From a virus (taxonomy: Duplodnaviria; Caudoviricetes): 64,000 nt of DNA. Below are positions 26,755-36,609 of the stretch, piece by piece. Where the stretch lies: IMG/VR virus record IMGVR_UViG_3300028888_000074, positions 1-64,000 of that record; one strand, 5' to 3'. How positions within the stretch are numbered: the stretch's first letter is position 1; each line of letters opens with the position of its first letter. The notes under the pieces were generated by a model, which was given only the letters and a program-made list of their open reading frames with translations, was not told the DNA's origin and made no database searches. A program made the translations under genes and the position numbers.

Positions 26755-28197
26755 ATGGATTACGAAAAGAAATACAAAGAGGCTCTTGAAAGAGCTAAAG
26801 GAATGTGGGAACAAGGAATGATGCCCGAAAGAATCGAGTATATTTTCCCAGAACTCAAAGAGAGCGAGGATGAGAGGATAAGGAAAGAAATAATATTCTT
26901 CTTTGAACAAGAAATACCACAATGTAGTATTGAAGAGCATAAAGAATATATGAGAAAATGGATTTCTTGGCTTGAAAAGCAAGGTGAGAAAGCAAATATA
27001 CATCAAGATACAGAAGATGACTTAAGACGTCAAAGTACAATACAAGTACTTGAATATGCAAGAAGTCTTGATGCTTATAATCAATATGGCAAAGAAAGTA
27101 TTAACAAGGATATTGCTTGGCTTGAAAAACAAGGACAAGAGCCGAAGAAAGTTTCAATTTGGAAACATTGGAAAAACGGAATTGCAGGTAATGGAGATGG
27201 TGAACAAATCTATTTAATAAAATATGGTAACACATATCACCTCAGTTCTTGCCTTAGTTTTGAATGTGACTATATAGAACTTTCAGAATTGGATAGCCTT
27301 ATGCTTGAAAAGCAAGGTGAGCAAAACAAACAACATTTATATGATATCATTATAGCCCTATGGGAGTTATTGGATAAAATAGATACATTTTCAGATTTGC
27401 AAATAGATGATACTAACCCAGATAACCCTTTTAGAAAAATAGAACATATAACAGAAGAAAGACATAAATTTGTTAAATCTGATGGTTATAATCTATATAT
27501 CGAAGGAGAACAAATTACGGATTTTCATCAAGAACTAATGAAGTTCAATGCTACAGATGAAGTTGAAATAGAAACCTGCGATAAGGTTGAGCCAAAGTTT
27601 AAGGTTGGTGATTGGATTGTTTACGATGGATTAGGAACATATAAGATTATTGAGATACATGAAGGATGGTATAGTGTAATTGATAACAATGACAAGCGTT
27701 GGTCAGTAATGTTTGACAAAGAAAATTTATGTCATCTTTGGACTATCCAAGATGCAAAGGATGGCGATGTACTTTGCGGTTATCCTGAATCTGAATATCC
27801 TTGGATTGGGATTTTCCACAAATTAAATGCTGAAGGTTCTTTTGTTTCTCATTGTTATTTACAAGCAGGACAACATGGTGAATTTTGTCCTCCGAGTGGA
27901 GAAAATATATTTGGTAAAAGGAATGTAGATAATCACTCGTTAAACGTAGTTCCAGCAACTAAAGAGCAACGTGACCTCTTATTTCAAAAGATGAAAGAAG
28001 CTGGTTATGAATGGAATGCTGAGAAGAAGGAGTTGAAGGATATTGAGAATAAGCATGCTTGGAGTGAGGAAGATGAAAGAAATCTCAGAGGGATAATTTG
28101 TGAGATTGAGATAAACAAATTTAATGCTCCAGAGTATGACATGGAGACTTATGATGGGTTTCTTTCTTGGCTCAAATCACTCAAAGATAGAGTATAA
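26755..28197 (+). CDS. Modular phage protein with repeated LEKQG linkers
   Basis: LEKQG x3, EPKFKVGDW, LWTIQDAKDGDVL, PATKEQRDLLF, WSEEDE. Confidence 0.8.
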   Translation: MDYEKKYKEALERAKGMWEQGMMPERIEYIFPELKESEDERIRKEIIFFFEQEIPQCSIEEHKEYMRKWISWLEKQGEKANIHQDTEDDLRRQSTIQVLEYARSLDAYNQYGKESINKDIAWLEKQGQEPKKVSIWKHWKNGIAGNGDGEQIYLIKYGNTYHLSSCLSFECDYIELSELDSLMLEKQGEQNKQHLYDIIIALWELLDKIDTFSDLQIDDTNPDNPFRKIEHITEERHKFVKSDGYNLYIEGEQITDFHQELMKFNATDEVEIETCDKVEPKFKVGDWIVYDGLGTYKIIEIHEGWYSVIDNNDKRWSVMFDKENLCHLWTIQDAKDGDVLCGYPESEYPWIGIFHKLNAEGSFVSHCYLQAGQHGEFCPPSGENIFGKRNVDNHSLNVVPATKEQRDLLFQKMKEAGYEWNAEKKELKDIENKHAWSEEDERNLRGIICEIEINKFNAPEYDMETYDGFLSWLKSLKDRV

Positions 28198-28315
28198 CTC
28201 CAATCAAAGCAAGAATGGAGTGAAGAAGATAAAGACGCACTTGATGCTGAATCTTAAAGTTTTGAAATTTGAAATATTATTGGTATAATTGTTTTAAAGT
28301 TAAATTTTGTAAAAA

Positions 28316-28543
28316 ATGAATTATACGGTTTACTACCACGATTTGTTAAATCAAGATGAATCAACTATATCCATTGTAAATGCAAGCAAAGAGGAGGTTG
28401 GTTTGGTGTTAAGGTTTCTTAATGCAAAAACGGATGAAATTGAAAAAGAAAACATAGCCTGTGAAATAGAAAAACTTTTAAAAGAATATGGAAAACTAAA
28501 AGAACATGATTGGATAGATTACATTCGTATTGACGAACTATAA
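28316..28543 (+). CDS. hypothetical protein
   Basis: ORF after GTATAAT motif. Confidence 0.65.
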   Translation: MNYTVYYHDLLNQDESTISIVNASKEEVGLVLRFLNAKTDEIEKENIACEIEKLLKEYGKLKEHDWIDYIRIDEL

Positions 28544-28741
28544 AGGATAAACAATTATGGATATAAAGGAGATAGGTAAAATCAACAGTCTGACTTCCGA
28601 TTGGTTGTATCATGAGCAGGAGATAAGACGTGGTTCTGATAAATCATATCATGAAGGACAACAGAAAAAAGATGAAAAGTTGCTGTTTGAAATGATGTCA
28701 AATATTGTGGATAGAAATTTGAAAAACAAGTAAAGTGCTAT

Positions 28742-29578
28742 ATGGAGGAAAAAGAGGTATTAAAAGGTCAGTTATGCATGTTTCATGATGAATGCGCCGA
28801 TGGTGATGTGATTTGTGACATCAGCGAATTGGAATGTGGTGAATATTACGCTTTTCACTATGATGACATTTTCGAGTTATATGACGGAAGGTGTTATAAG
28901 ATGCCTTACTGTATCGAATGCCACAAGAATGAAGCGAATTTGGTTTTATATGAGGTTTATGGAGGGGACATTAGGCCAAAGAAGGAATTGCTTGTCGGAA
29001 GGATACAGACACCAGATGGAACAGTGTTGTCATCCAGGCACAGGCATGACTTTGTCGAGCACTATGACAGTTGGTCCAAAGAATTGTATTTTGTTGACGG
29101 TGGAGGTGATTATCTTAGGATGTCCGTGAACAAGATTCCAGCGAAAAACATCTCAGTATACACAACAAGCGATTTTGAAACTATCCGACAAAATGTTTGC
29201 AGGGGAACGTTTGACATATACGGCAATAGCATCCTCAAACCGATTTCAAAATGCAGTGACGAACATCTGAGATGCATATTGGTGTACAATGAAGAGCATG
29301 GTTTCAATGACAAGGTTTACAATTGGATTATAAAAAGGGAATTGGAGTACAGGAAGGAAAACCATTTCTCAATCCAGGATGATGTCATAAAGGATAAAAA
29401 CGGTAACCTGCTGTTTGTCGGCGACAAGGTAATACATGATAACGGGTATGCATATGAAGTATGTTATGACAAAGATTCGCAAGGGCACAAATGGTATGGC
29501 AAGGTCGTTTCTGGAAGTGGTTATCTGGGGTATAAAACCGAAGTTGCTTTGGTTCCAAAAGATATTGCCCGAATTTAA
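28742..29578 (+). CDS. hypothetical phage protein (TPDGTVL.S.HRHDF..VDGG.DY.R motif)
   Basis: 278-aa ORF. Confidence 0.75.
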   Translation: MEEKEVLKGQLCMFHDECADGDVICDISELECGEYYAFHYDDIFELYDGRCYKMPYCIECHKNEANLVLYEVYGGDIRPKKELLVGRIQTPDGTVLSSRHRHDFVEHYDSWSKELYFVDGGGDYLRMSVNKIPAKNISVYTTSDFETIRQNVCRGTFDIYGNSILKPISKCSDEHLRCILVYNEEHGFNDKVYNWIIKRELEYRKENHFSIQDDVIKDKNGNLLFVGDKVIHDNGYAYEVCYDKDSQGHKWYGKVVSGSGYLGYKTEVALVPKDIARI

Positions 29579-29619
29579 TTCAAATAGAAAACTATTTATA
29601 AGTTAAAAAAGAATAAGAT

Positions 29620-29811
29620 ATGTTGTTTGCATTGTCTTTTGTGTTACTGATAGTGGTCTCCGTAATAATCGGGCTTTTAGTGTATTTGCTTATGGGTTCA
29701 TGGGTGGCTTTTTTGATTGCGTTTCTTTGTGTCACCATCACTGTTTCAGTTGCTTTTGCTGTTGTAAAGATAGTGCGGGCAATAACAAGTAAAAAGAAAA
29801 ATAAATCATGA
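29620..29811 (+). CDS. small membrane protein
   Basis: Two TM segments; CTATTTAT motif upstream. Confidence 0.6.
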   Translation: MLFALSFVLLIVVSVIIGLLVYLLMGSWVAFLIAFLCVTITVSVAFAVVKIVRAITSKKKNKS

Positions 29812-30425
29812 TTTCATTACCTATTATTTCAATTGTGGCGTGTGTCGCCTACATCGTTTTTGTTTTGTTTAAATTCGGTGTTCCGACATCATTGTCCGAG
29901 ACTTTTTATTTGCTTCCAGAGAAATGGAGATGGCTTTTTTCAGCTTGGTGTGTTTTGACGGCAGCACCTCTTGGTGTGTATTGGTTCACGATTTCAACCA
30001 CAAGCCTTTGCTGGATTCCGATTGTGTGTATGATAGGCCTTTTGTTTGTCGGTGTGTCATGTGACTATAAGGCTCCAGTTGTTTTGCCAGAGGACATAGT
30101 GAAGGGTAATACAGCCAAATCAAAATCGATAAAAGAATTGTTAAAAACATTGTCATTCAAAGAGTTGTTCAAAAACGGGTGGACCAAGCCGATACATTAT
30201 GCTAATTCGATTTTGATTATCATTTTGTCTACTGTTTATATCTGTATCATGAACAATGCTGCAATAATGACAACATTGTTGTTGTATCCTTTGTTTATTT
30301 TGATTGGATTGAAGGTTGACGGTGTTTATAATTCGGCATATAGTGCCGACGTTGACAACAAAGCATGGATATTCTTCATGGAGGTTATTTGTTTTGTCAA
30401 TTTGTTTTCATTCATTGTGTTTTGA
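29808..30425 (+). CDS. multi-pass membrane protein
   Basis: About 6 hydrophobic segments; GVPTSLSETFY. Confidence 0.75.
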   Translation: MISLPIISIVACVAYIVFVLFKFGVPTSLSETFYLLPEKWRWLFSAWCVLTAAPLGVYWFTISTTSLCWIPIVCMIGLLFVGVSCDYKAPVVLPEDIVKGNTAKSKSIKELLKTLSFKELFKNGWTKPIHYANSILIIILSTVYICIMNNAAIMTTLLLYPLFILIGLKVDGVYNSAYSADVDNKAWIFFMEVICFVNLFSFIVF

Positions 30426-30441
30426 TATTTGTTTTTTTCTA

Positions 30442-31740
30442 TTGACATACTCCCACGAATAAATTCGTGGGATTCTTGACTTAAACATGCACGCTGATGG
30501 CGTTGACGCCAGCAGCATTTGCACTCGCCAATTCGTCGATGCCCCGACGAAGTATATTTCTCGCTGCATTCAAGTCCCTGTCGTTTGTCCTTCCGCAATG
30601 CGGGCAGACCCACTCCCTGTCCTTCAGCGACAGGTTCTCATTGACAAACCCGCACTCACAGGTTTTGCTTGACGGATAGAACCTGTCAATCTTGTGCAGG
30701 TTGCATCCGTATTTCGACGCAACCATTCCGAGGATTTCCACGAACCTTCCGTGCGCCAGGTCGTTCATTTTCCTTCCCCACCTCCTCGACATTCCAGTCA
30801 GGACAAGGTCCTCGATGAATATGTTGTCATATGAGCGGCATATCGCATGGGCAAGTTTCCACTGCCAGTCGGTGCGTGAATTCACAACCTTTTCATGACA
30901 TCTGTCAAGGTCCATGCGTTTCCGTCTTCTGTTGTTCGAGCCACGCTTTGCGTTGCTCAGCTTTCTGGACGCCTTTCTTAATGATGCTAGGTTGTGTTTA
31001 AGGAACTGCGGGTTCTCTACCACCTGTCCGTCGGAGAGCGTGAGATAGGTTTTCAGACCGAAGTCAATGCCGACGGATGCACCATTGTGTGTCTTTCCGT
31101 ATCTTTTGGCTTCGGCGTCGGTGACCACACTGATGTAGTAGTCGCCAAGCGGTGACCGCTTGACCGACAACCTCTTCACTTCTCCCTTGAGCGGACGGCT
31201 CAGCGAGAACTTGAATGTTGTTTTCAGTTTGTTTATTGTGAATTTGTTGCCTTTCAGTTTGAATCCTCCCTGTTTGAAAACCACGGACGACATGTCCGAG
31301 AACTTCTTGAATTTCGGGGGTCTCTTGGACTTGTGGGTGAAGAACCTCTGGTATGCATAGTCGAGGCGTTCAATCACCTCCTGCACACTTTGAGAGTGAA
31401 GGTTCTGCATCTTGTACCTCTTGGCGAAGTGTGTCTTCATCCTGTTTCCGCCTACATACTTGCCGTACATTTCATAGTACTTCTTCTGGAGGGCAAGGCA
31501 ATGGTTCCATACAAAGCAAGCCTCACGCATCAGGGTTTCGATGCGTTTGTTTCTTTTGGATGCGTATAGCTTGTACTTGTATGTCAGCATTTTATTGTTA
31601 TGTTTATAACAATAAATAGTCCGTTATGTGTAAAAAGCACCACGAGCGTTGTTTTTTTTTGTTTTTTAATTTTAAAAATGTATAATTAAAAATAACTGGA
31701 TTCATCCAACGACTGAAGTCGTTGGTTTTCTCCAGTGTAA
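30442..31740 (-). mobile_element. IS200/IS605-family TnpB-only element A
   Basis: Near-identical to 60146-61445; subterminal hairpins; right end TCAA; TTATGAT 5' of the left end; no tnpA. Confidence 0.88.
30481..31590 (-). CDS. tnpB: RNA-guided endonuclease TnpB
   Basis: GIDFG, IEDL, DRDLNAA RuvC triad; CECG and CPHC Zn finger. Confidence 0.92.
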   Translation of the reverse strand: MLTYKYKLYASKRNKRIETLMREACFVWNHCLALQKKYYEMYGKYVGGNRMKTHFAKRYKMQNLHSQSVQEVIERLDYAYQRFFTHKSKRPPKFKKFSDMSSVVFKQGGFKLKGNKFTINKLKTTFKFSLSRPLKGEVKRLSVKRSPLGDYYISVVTDAEAKRYGKTHNGASVGIDFGLKTYLTLSDGQVVENPQFLKHNLASLRKASRKLSNAKRGSNNRRRKRMDLDRCHEKVVNSRTDWQWKLAHAICRSYDNIFIEDLVLTGMSRRWGRKMNDLAHGRFVEILGMVASKYGCNLHKIDRFYPSSKTCECGFVNENLSLKDREWVCPHCGRTNDRDLNAARNILRRGIDELASANAAGVNAISVHV

Positions 31741-31799
31741 ATCATAATAAATGCGATGGCTCATATTTGGTTGTCGCATTTTTATTAAAAAAAATTGTC

Positions 31800-32180
31800 A
31801 TGAAATATTTTTTGGAAAGAGTTAAAAACAACATCAAGTGGTGGTTTCAGAAAAAGACAAGAGGCTATTCTGATTTGGAATTATGGAATCTTGACAATAC
31901 GATAGCGGAGTGGATAGTTCCAAGACTGAAGACCTTCAGGGACAGAACACAAGCATATCCAGCGAATCTTGAGTCGTTCGAGCAATGGCGGGAAATGCTT
32001 GACGAGATGATATTCGGATTCGAATTCACATTAATAAGTGACGACTGGTATCGCGACAATGTGTTCCAGTGCTCTGGAGACATGCACGATAAGAAAATGA
32101 ATGAGTTCGAATCAATGGTGAAACGTGCCGAGAACGGCAGAATTCTGTTCGCAAAACATTTTTGTGGAATCTGGTGGTGA
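31800..32180 (+). CDS. hypothetical phage protein
   Basis: RGYSD.ELWNLD..IA.WI.PRL motif. Confidence 0.75.
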   Translation: MKYFLERVKNNIKWWFQKKTRGYSDLELWNLDNTIAEWIVPRLKTFRDRTQAYPANLESFEQWREMLDEMIFGFEFTLISDDWYRDNVFQCSGDMHDKKMNEFESMVKRAENGRILFAKHFCGIWW

Positions 32181-32219
32181 AAGAAATCTAAAAAAAAATA
32201 ACAATAATGCAACAAAATT

Positions 32220-33626
32220 ATGGAAAATAAAAACATAGCTGACATTCTTAAAAACGCTCCACTCGGAGTTTTATTGTATTCACCAATTTGTGGATTTGTA
32301 AATTTTGTTCATGTTTTTTGTGATATTGGGAAACGTAATCACATATTAGTAACATCTCAATTTGGTGATAAGAATTTTGAGTTTGATGAATTTGGAAAAT
32401 ATAATCCAGATGGTGAATGTATGTTATTTCCAAGTAAATTCCACCAAGTTTGGGATGACTGGCAGAATAGCTTGTTTAATTTTGGCATCTTTATTACGAA
32501 TATTGATGGGTATAAGGAAACATTTGTTATTAGTGGGTTTGACACTTCACTCGCATATAATTCTCATGCTAGAGAAGTAACCATAAATAAACTTGAATAC
32601 AGGTATGCCACAAAAGAGGAAAAAGATGCATTTATATATGAGCTAGAAAGAAACGGTTATTTTTGGGATGAAAATAATTGTCAAATTAAAATGAAAATGT
32701 CTGATTCAAATAAAGAAGAAGTGTCTAATTTACACAATTATCTATATAATGAGGATAGACGTGTAAACAAACTTGAAATTGACAATTATAGATTAACCGC
32801 ATTAGTACTGCTTATAACCAAACATAACCTAACAAAAAAAGAAATTGAAGATAGTCTTAATATGCTTTCAAAGGCTAATACAATTAAAGAAATCAATGAA
32901 GTTAGTGATAATATCTCAAAATTATATGGACTAACATATCTTGATGATGCTGCTAAGGCAATAATTGAACAGCAGGCAAGTAGTGAAGAAAAAAAACCAA
33001 CATTTAAAATTGGTGATAATGTAAGGATTAAGGAAAGAAAAGGTGATGAAGAAAATTATTACTGTCATTTCACTGATGAAATGCTTGGGTTTGTAGGTGG
33101 TGTTTATAAAATCAAGAGTGTGACAGAACAGTCTTGCATTAGAGGTGAAAACTTAATAGATGACGATGGCTTTGTCTATACGCTTTGGGGTGTGGATTGG
33201 TCATGGGCCAGCTCAATGCTTGAGCCTGTTGAAAAAAAGGAAATAATCAACGAAAAGAAAACGCCTTATTTGGTGAAGGGAAATGATTATTTGTGTATTG
33301 AGGATTTCTATGTAAATTCTGAACACCAAGACTCATTGTTTGAATGTGGTGAAATCTGCCATAGTGACGAAGACAATACAGTGAAAAACCACAACGGATG
33401 CATGTTTATTGACGGTCATGACGGAAATGCGGAAGTTTATTTTCAGGAAATAGACACATTAAACAAGGAGTTGACAAAGGTGAAACAGTATGCATATGAG
33501 AGATGGCATAAACTCTGGGAAATAATTCCAGGCACTGATAAACCAGACATAACAAAAGAGGACCTGAATAATCTCGGAAGGTTCATGGAAATCGAACAAC
33601 TGAATAATTTTTTGGAAAAATTGTAA
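32220..33626 (+). CDS. modular hypothetical protein
   Basis: 468-aa ORF. Confidence 0.78.
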   Translation: MENKNIADILKNAPLGVLLYSPICGFVNFVHVFCDIGKRNHILVTSQFGDKNFEFDEFGKYNPDGECMLFPSKFHQVWDDWQNSLFNFGIFITNIDGYKETFVISGFDTSLAYNSHAREVTINKLEYRYATKEEKDAFIYELERNGYFWDENNCQIKMKMSDSNKEEVSNLHNYLYNEDRRVNKLEIDNYRLTALVLLITKHNLTKKEIEDSLNMLSKANTIKEINEVSDNISKLYGLTYLDDAAKAIIEQQASSEEKKPTFKIGDNVRIKERKGDEENYYCHFTDEMLGFVGGVYKIKSVTEQSCIRGENLIDDDGFVYTLWGVDWSWASSMLEPVEKKEIINEKKTPYLVKGNDYLCIEDFYVNSEHQDSLFECGEICHSDEDNTVKNHNGCMFIDGHDGNAEVYFQEIDTLNKELTKVKQYAYERWHKLWEIIPGTDKPDITKEDLNNLGRFMEIEQLNNFLEKL

Positions 33627-33773
33627 ATATGCTAACAATAATGTGTATATTAGGAAACTATTGGTCGAAACATTATTTCAATTTTACTGAAAATGATGTT
33701 TGGAATTATGGTTTGTTAGGTGTATTTTTCGCAAGAATATTTGGAATAGATTGGTTAAAGTAAATTATATTTT

Positions 33774-34019
33774 ATGAAAGAAGAAACTATAAAACTCGCA
33801 TGGGAGATTTACAAAAAAACGCTGTCATATGAACTGGACAGTCTTAAAGTGAACGATGACGGAACGACAACACACTTGCATTCAGATAGGTTTCTAGACG
33901 AACATCCAGAAAGAAGGGACTCACCAGAATTCACAGATAACGAAGAGAAAGAACAGGCGGAGCTGATTGCAACCATGGCCCGTGCATTCTATAATGGAAA
34001 ATCATTATTTAATAATTAA
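33774..34019 (+). CDS. hypothetical protein
   Basis: ORF in operon. Confidence 0.65.
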   Translation: MKEETIKLAWEIYKKTLSYELDSLKVNDDGTTTHLHSDRFLDEHPERRDSPEFTDNEEKEQAELIATMARAFYNGKSLFNN

Positions 34020-34033
34020 AAACATATAATATT

Positions 34034-34891
34034 ATGGCAAACAAAGACAGTTTAGGCGATAGAATGAAAGAGAACTACGAAGGTAGGTTCAAATTTAAAT
34101 TAATGAGAAGAACACCAGTTATAATTAGAATCGATGGACGTGCATTTCATACGTGGACTAGAGGATTTAACAAACCTTTTGATAAAGTCCTATCCAACGC
34201 AATGGACAAGACAATGAAACAACTCTGTGAGAATATTCAGGGATGTGTGTTTGGGTACACACAGTCCGATGAAGTAACATTGGTACTTAATGATTACAAG
34301 AAACTTGAGAGTTCTGCATGGTTCGACAACGAGGTTCAGAAAATATGCAGTGTTGCGGCATCAATGGCTACAATGTATTTTAATAGGAATTTCTCAGACG
34401 AGGTGCAATCATTTTATTCTTGGGTTTATTTTAACGATTACGACATTAATGAAAAATTCCCAAAAGAAAACAGGTATATGGTGTCAGACAGTAAAAAAGC
34501 CGTTGACTTAATCGGAGTATATCAAAAGAAAGTTTTTACTGCTTTGTTTGACGCACGATGTTTCAACATTCCTGAATCAGAAGTCACAAATTGTACAATT
34601 TGGAGGCAGCAGGATTGTAGTAGAAATAGCATTGAAATGGTTGGAAGAACATATTTTTCCGATAAAGAACTCTTCAAGAAGAATTGTTCCAATATCCAAG
34701 ATATACTGATGGAGAAATACAATGTCAACTGGAACGACTTCCCCACCAGGTACAAGAGGGGCTGCGCTTGCTACAAGATGAATAGGTCGGAAAACGAGGC
34801 CGAGCGCGGGAAATGGGTCGTCGATTACGACATGCCGATTATCACCCAGGACAGGGAGTATGTTGAAAAATGGGTCAGACTCGACGGATAA
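34034..34891 (+). CDS. tRNA(His) guanylyltransferase Thg1-like protein (3'-5' polymerase)
   Basis: RMK..YE, IRIDGRAFH, YTQSDEV, FDAR, WRQQDC.RNSI. Confidence 0.9.
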   Translation: MANKDSLGDRMKENYEGRFKFKLMRRTPVIIRIDGRAFHTWTRGFNKPFDKVLSNAMDKTMKQLCENIQGCVFGYTQSDEVTLVLNDYKKLESSAWFDNEVQKICSVAASMATMYFNRNFSDEVQSFYSWVYFNDYDINEKFPKENRYMVSDSKKAVDLIGVYQKKVFTALFDARCFNIPESEVTNCTIWRQQDCSRNSIEMVGRTYFSDKELFKKNCSNIQDILMEKYNVNWNDFPTRYKRGCACYKMNRSENEAERGKWVVDYDMPIITQDREYVEKWVRLDG

Positions 34892-34915
34892 AACACAGAC
34901 AAAAACAAGCACAGA

Positions 34916-35149
34916 ATGAATGCAATATTACTAGTAGCTCTGGCATTGGCCGTAACGGTCTTTTGCTGCAATAGGAAAAGAAAAATACCGAACATCCATG
35001 TAACGGAGAAAACAACGGAATGCAAGGATTGCGGAAAATCTGGAAGCGTAATCATGGCGAATTCGATGGAATACCACGGCCCGAACAGACCTCCGTTAAT
35101 CATACCCGATTCGGACTACGACAGTTTCATAAAGGTTTATAACAACTAG
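34916..35149 (+). CDS. hypothetical protein
   Basis: N-terminal hydrophobic segment. Confidence 0.6.
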   Translation: MNAILLVALALAVTVFCCNRKRKIPNIHVTEKTTECKDCGKSGSVIMANSMEYHGPNRPPLIIPDSDYDSFIKVYNN

Positions 35150-35170
35150 CAAATAAAAAATTTCAAAGAC

Positions 35171-35572
35171 ATGCTTACAATCATCACGCTTTTAACACTC
35201 GGAACTGGGCTCTTTTGGCTTGGCGCACGGAAGGAAATCGCCCCAGCCGCCTTTCTGGGCGGCGCACTGTGCCTGGCCGCAATCGTCTGCCTGCTCACCC
35301 TAATCAACATTAACAACAGGTTCGAGGAGGAGAAGGAGCACTACGCGAACCTGAAGATGCAGGTTGAGGACTACAACGCGCTTCCAGACTCTTGCAAGAA
35401 CGTCTCATTCGAGTACGACATCAGGGAGGACGTGCTCAGGATGAACAACGACATCTCCGACCACAAGGTCATGTCCAGAAGCCCGTGGGTAAATATATGG
35501 TATTGTAAGGATATTGGAAAACTTGAAAAATTGCAAATATATCATGAAAACAAAAATGAAACAAATTATTGA
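35171..35572 (+). CDS. hypothetical membrane protein
   Basis: Two TM segments. Confidence 0.7.
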   Translation: MLTIITLLTLGTGLFWLGARKEIAPAAFLGGALCLAAIVCLLTLININNRFEEEKEHYANLKMQVEDYNALPDSCKNVSFEYDIREDVLRMNNDISDHKVMSRSPWVNIWYCKDIGKLEKLQIYHENKNETNY

Positions 35573-35711
35573 CCGATTGAAAGCTGCAAAGGCAGCTAAC
35601 CGCTCTGATGAAATTAGAGCATACGGTAAGTCTATAAACTATTCAAACGTTTGTAGAAATCGAAAAAAATACACAAGAAAACAAAAGCATAAAAAAAAGC
35701 TGGAGAATTAA
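35556..35711 (+). CDS. small basic protein
   Basis: KKYTRKQKHK tail; ends at a terminator. Confidence 0.55.
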   Translation: MKQIIDRLKAAKAANRSDEIRAYGKSINYSNVCRNRKKYTRKQKHKKKLEN

Positions 35712-35728
35712 CTCCAGCTTTTTTATTT
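35694..35728. terminator. Bidirectional intrinsic terminator
   Basis: AAAAAGCTGGAG/CTCCAGCTTTTT between convergent genes. Confidence 0.75.
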
Positions 35729-36265
35729 TTACAAACACTTCCAACGGTCGTTCATTTCATGTGTCCAATACTGTGAAAGTGCTACTGCAATTACATGAAC
35801 ATGATTAAAAGCCCATTGATATTTGTCCACATCATTTATGTTGATAAAGGCAATATCTCCCACTTCATCTTTTTCATTTCCATTGTGAGAAAATTGTTCT
35901 TCGTAAAATGATTTGTCTTTAGATAGACTAATAAGATATCTAAATGACACATTTTGCCTTTTATCTGATGTAGGGTCAGAATTAATTCCAATCAATTCAA
36001 TATGTTCATAATTAAGGTCAACACCTGTTTCTTCTTTAATTTCACGTAGTACTGCTTCTTCTGTCGTTTCGTCAAAATCCAAATATCCACAGCATAGGTT
36101 CCACATACCTCTATATTCTTCATCTGGCGTACCTTCTCCACGTTGTGATGCAAGAACATAGTATTGCTCATTTTCCTTTAAAATTGGAATACCAACAACA
36201 GCAACTGAACGGCTGAACCATCCAATGAAATTTCCGTTTTTATCGTAAGATTCTTGATTTTTCAT
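35729..36265 (-). CDS. Nudix hydrolase (ADP-ribose pyrophosphatase-like)
   Basis: Nudix box GYLDFDETTEEAVLREIKEETGV; WAFNH. Confidence 0.85.
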   Translation of the reverse strand: MKNQESYDKNGNFIGWFSRSVAVVGIPILKENEQYYVLASQRGEGTPDEEYRGMWNLCCGYLDFDETTEEAVLREIKEETGVDLNYEHIELIGINSDPTSDKRQNVSFRYLISLSKDKSFYEEQFSHNGNEKDEVGDIAFININDVDKYQWAFNHVHVIAVALSQYWTHEMNDRWKCL

Positions 36266-36590
36266 TTTTAATAATTTTATCTAATTCTTTAGTTAATTTA
36301 TCATTTTCAGCATTTAGAGCCATAACTTGCATTGTAGATAGATAACACTTTCTGAAATAAGGAATTTCACGCCTTTGTTTGCGTGTAGCCATACAATAAG
36401 CCAAAATAATATCATAGTCTTTTGTGCTCATATGTTTATACATTCCACATTTCAACATCTGTAGAGATTTCTTATACCAAAGATATGGAAGTGGGTCCAT
36501 TCCAAGGTGTAATCTTGATATAGTATCAGCTTCCATTAAATCAATAATATCTTTATTGCTTACTTTTGGCAAGGATAAATTATTATTCAT
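36240..36590 (-). CDS. hypothetical protein
   Basis: ORF in minus-strand operon. Confidence 0.65.
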   Translation of the reverse strand: MNNNLSLPKVSNKDIIDLMEADTISRLHLGMDPLPYLWYKKSLQMLKCGMYKHMSTKDYDIILAYCMATRKQRREIPYFRKCYLSTMQVMALNAENDKLTKELDKIIKNEKSRILR

Positions 36591-36609
36591 ATTTATAAAT
36601 TTTAATAGT

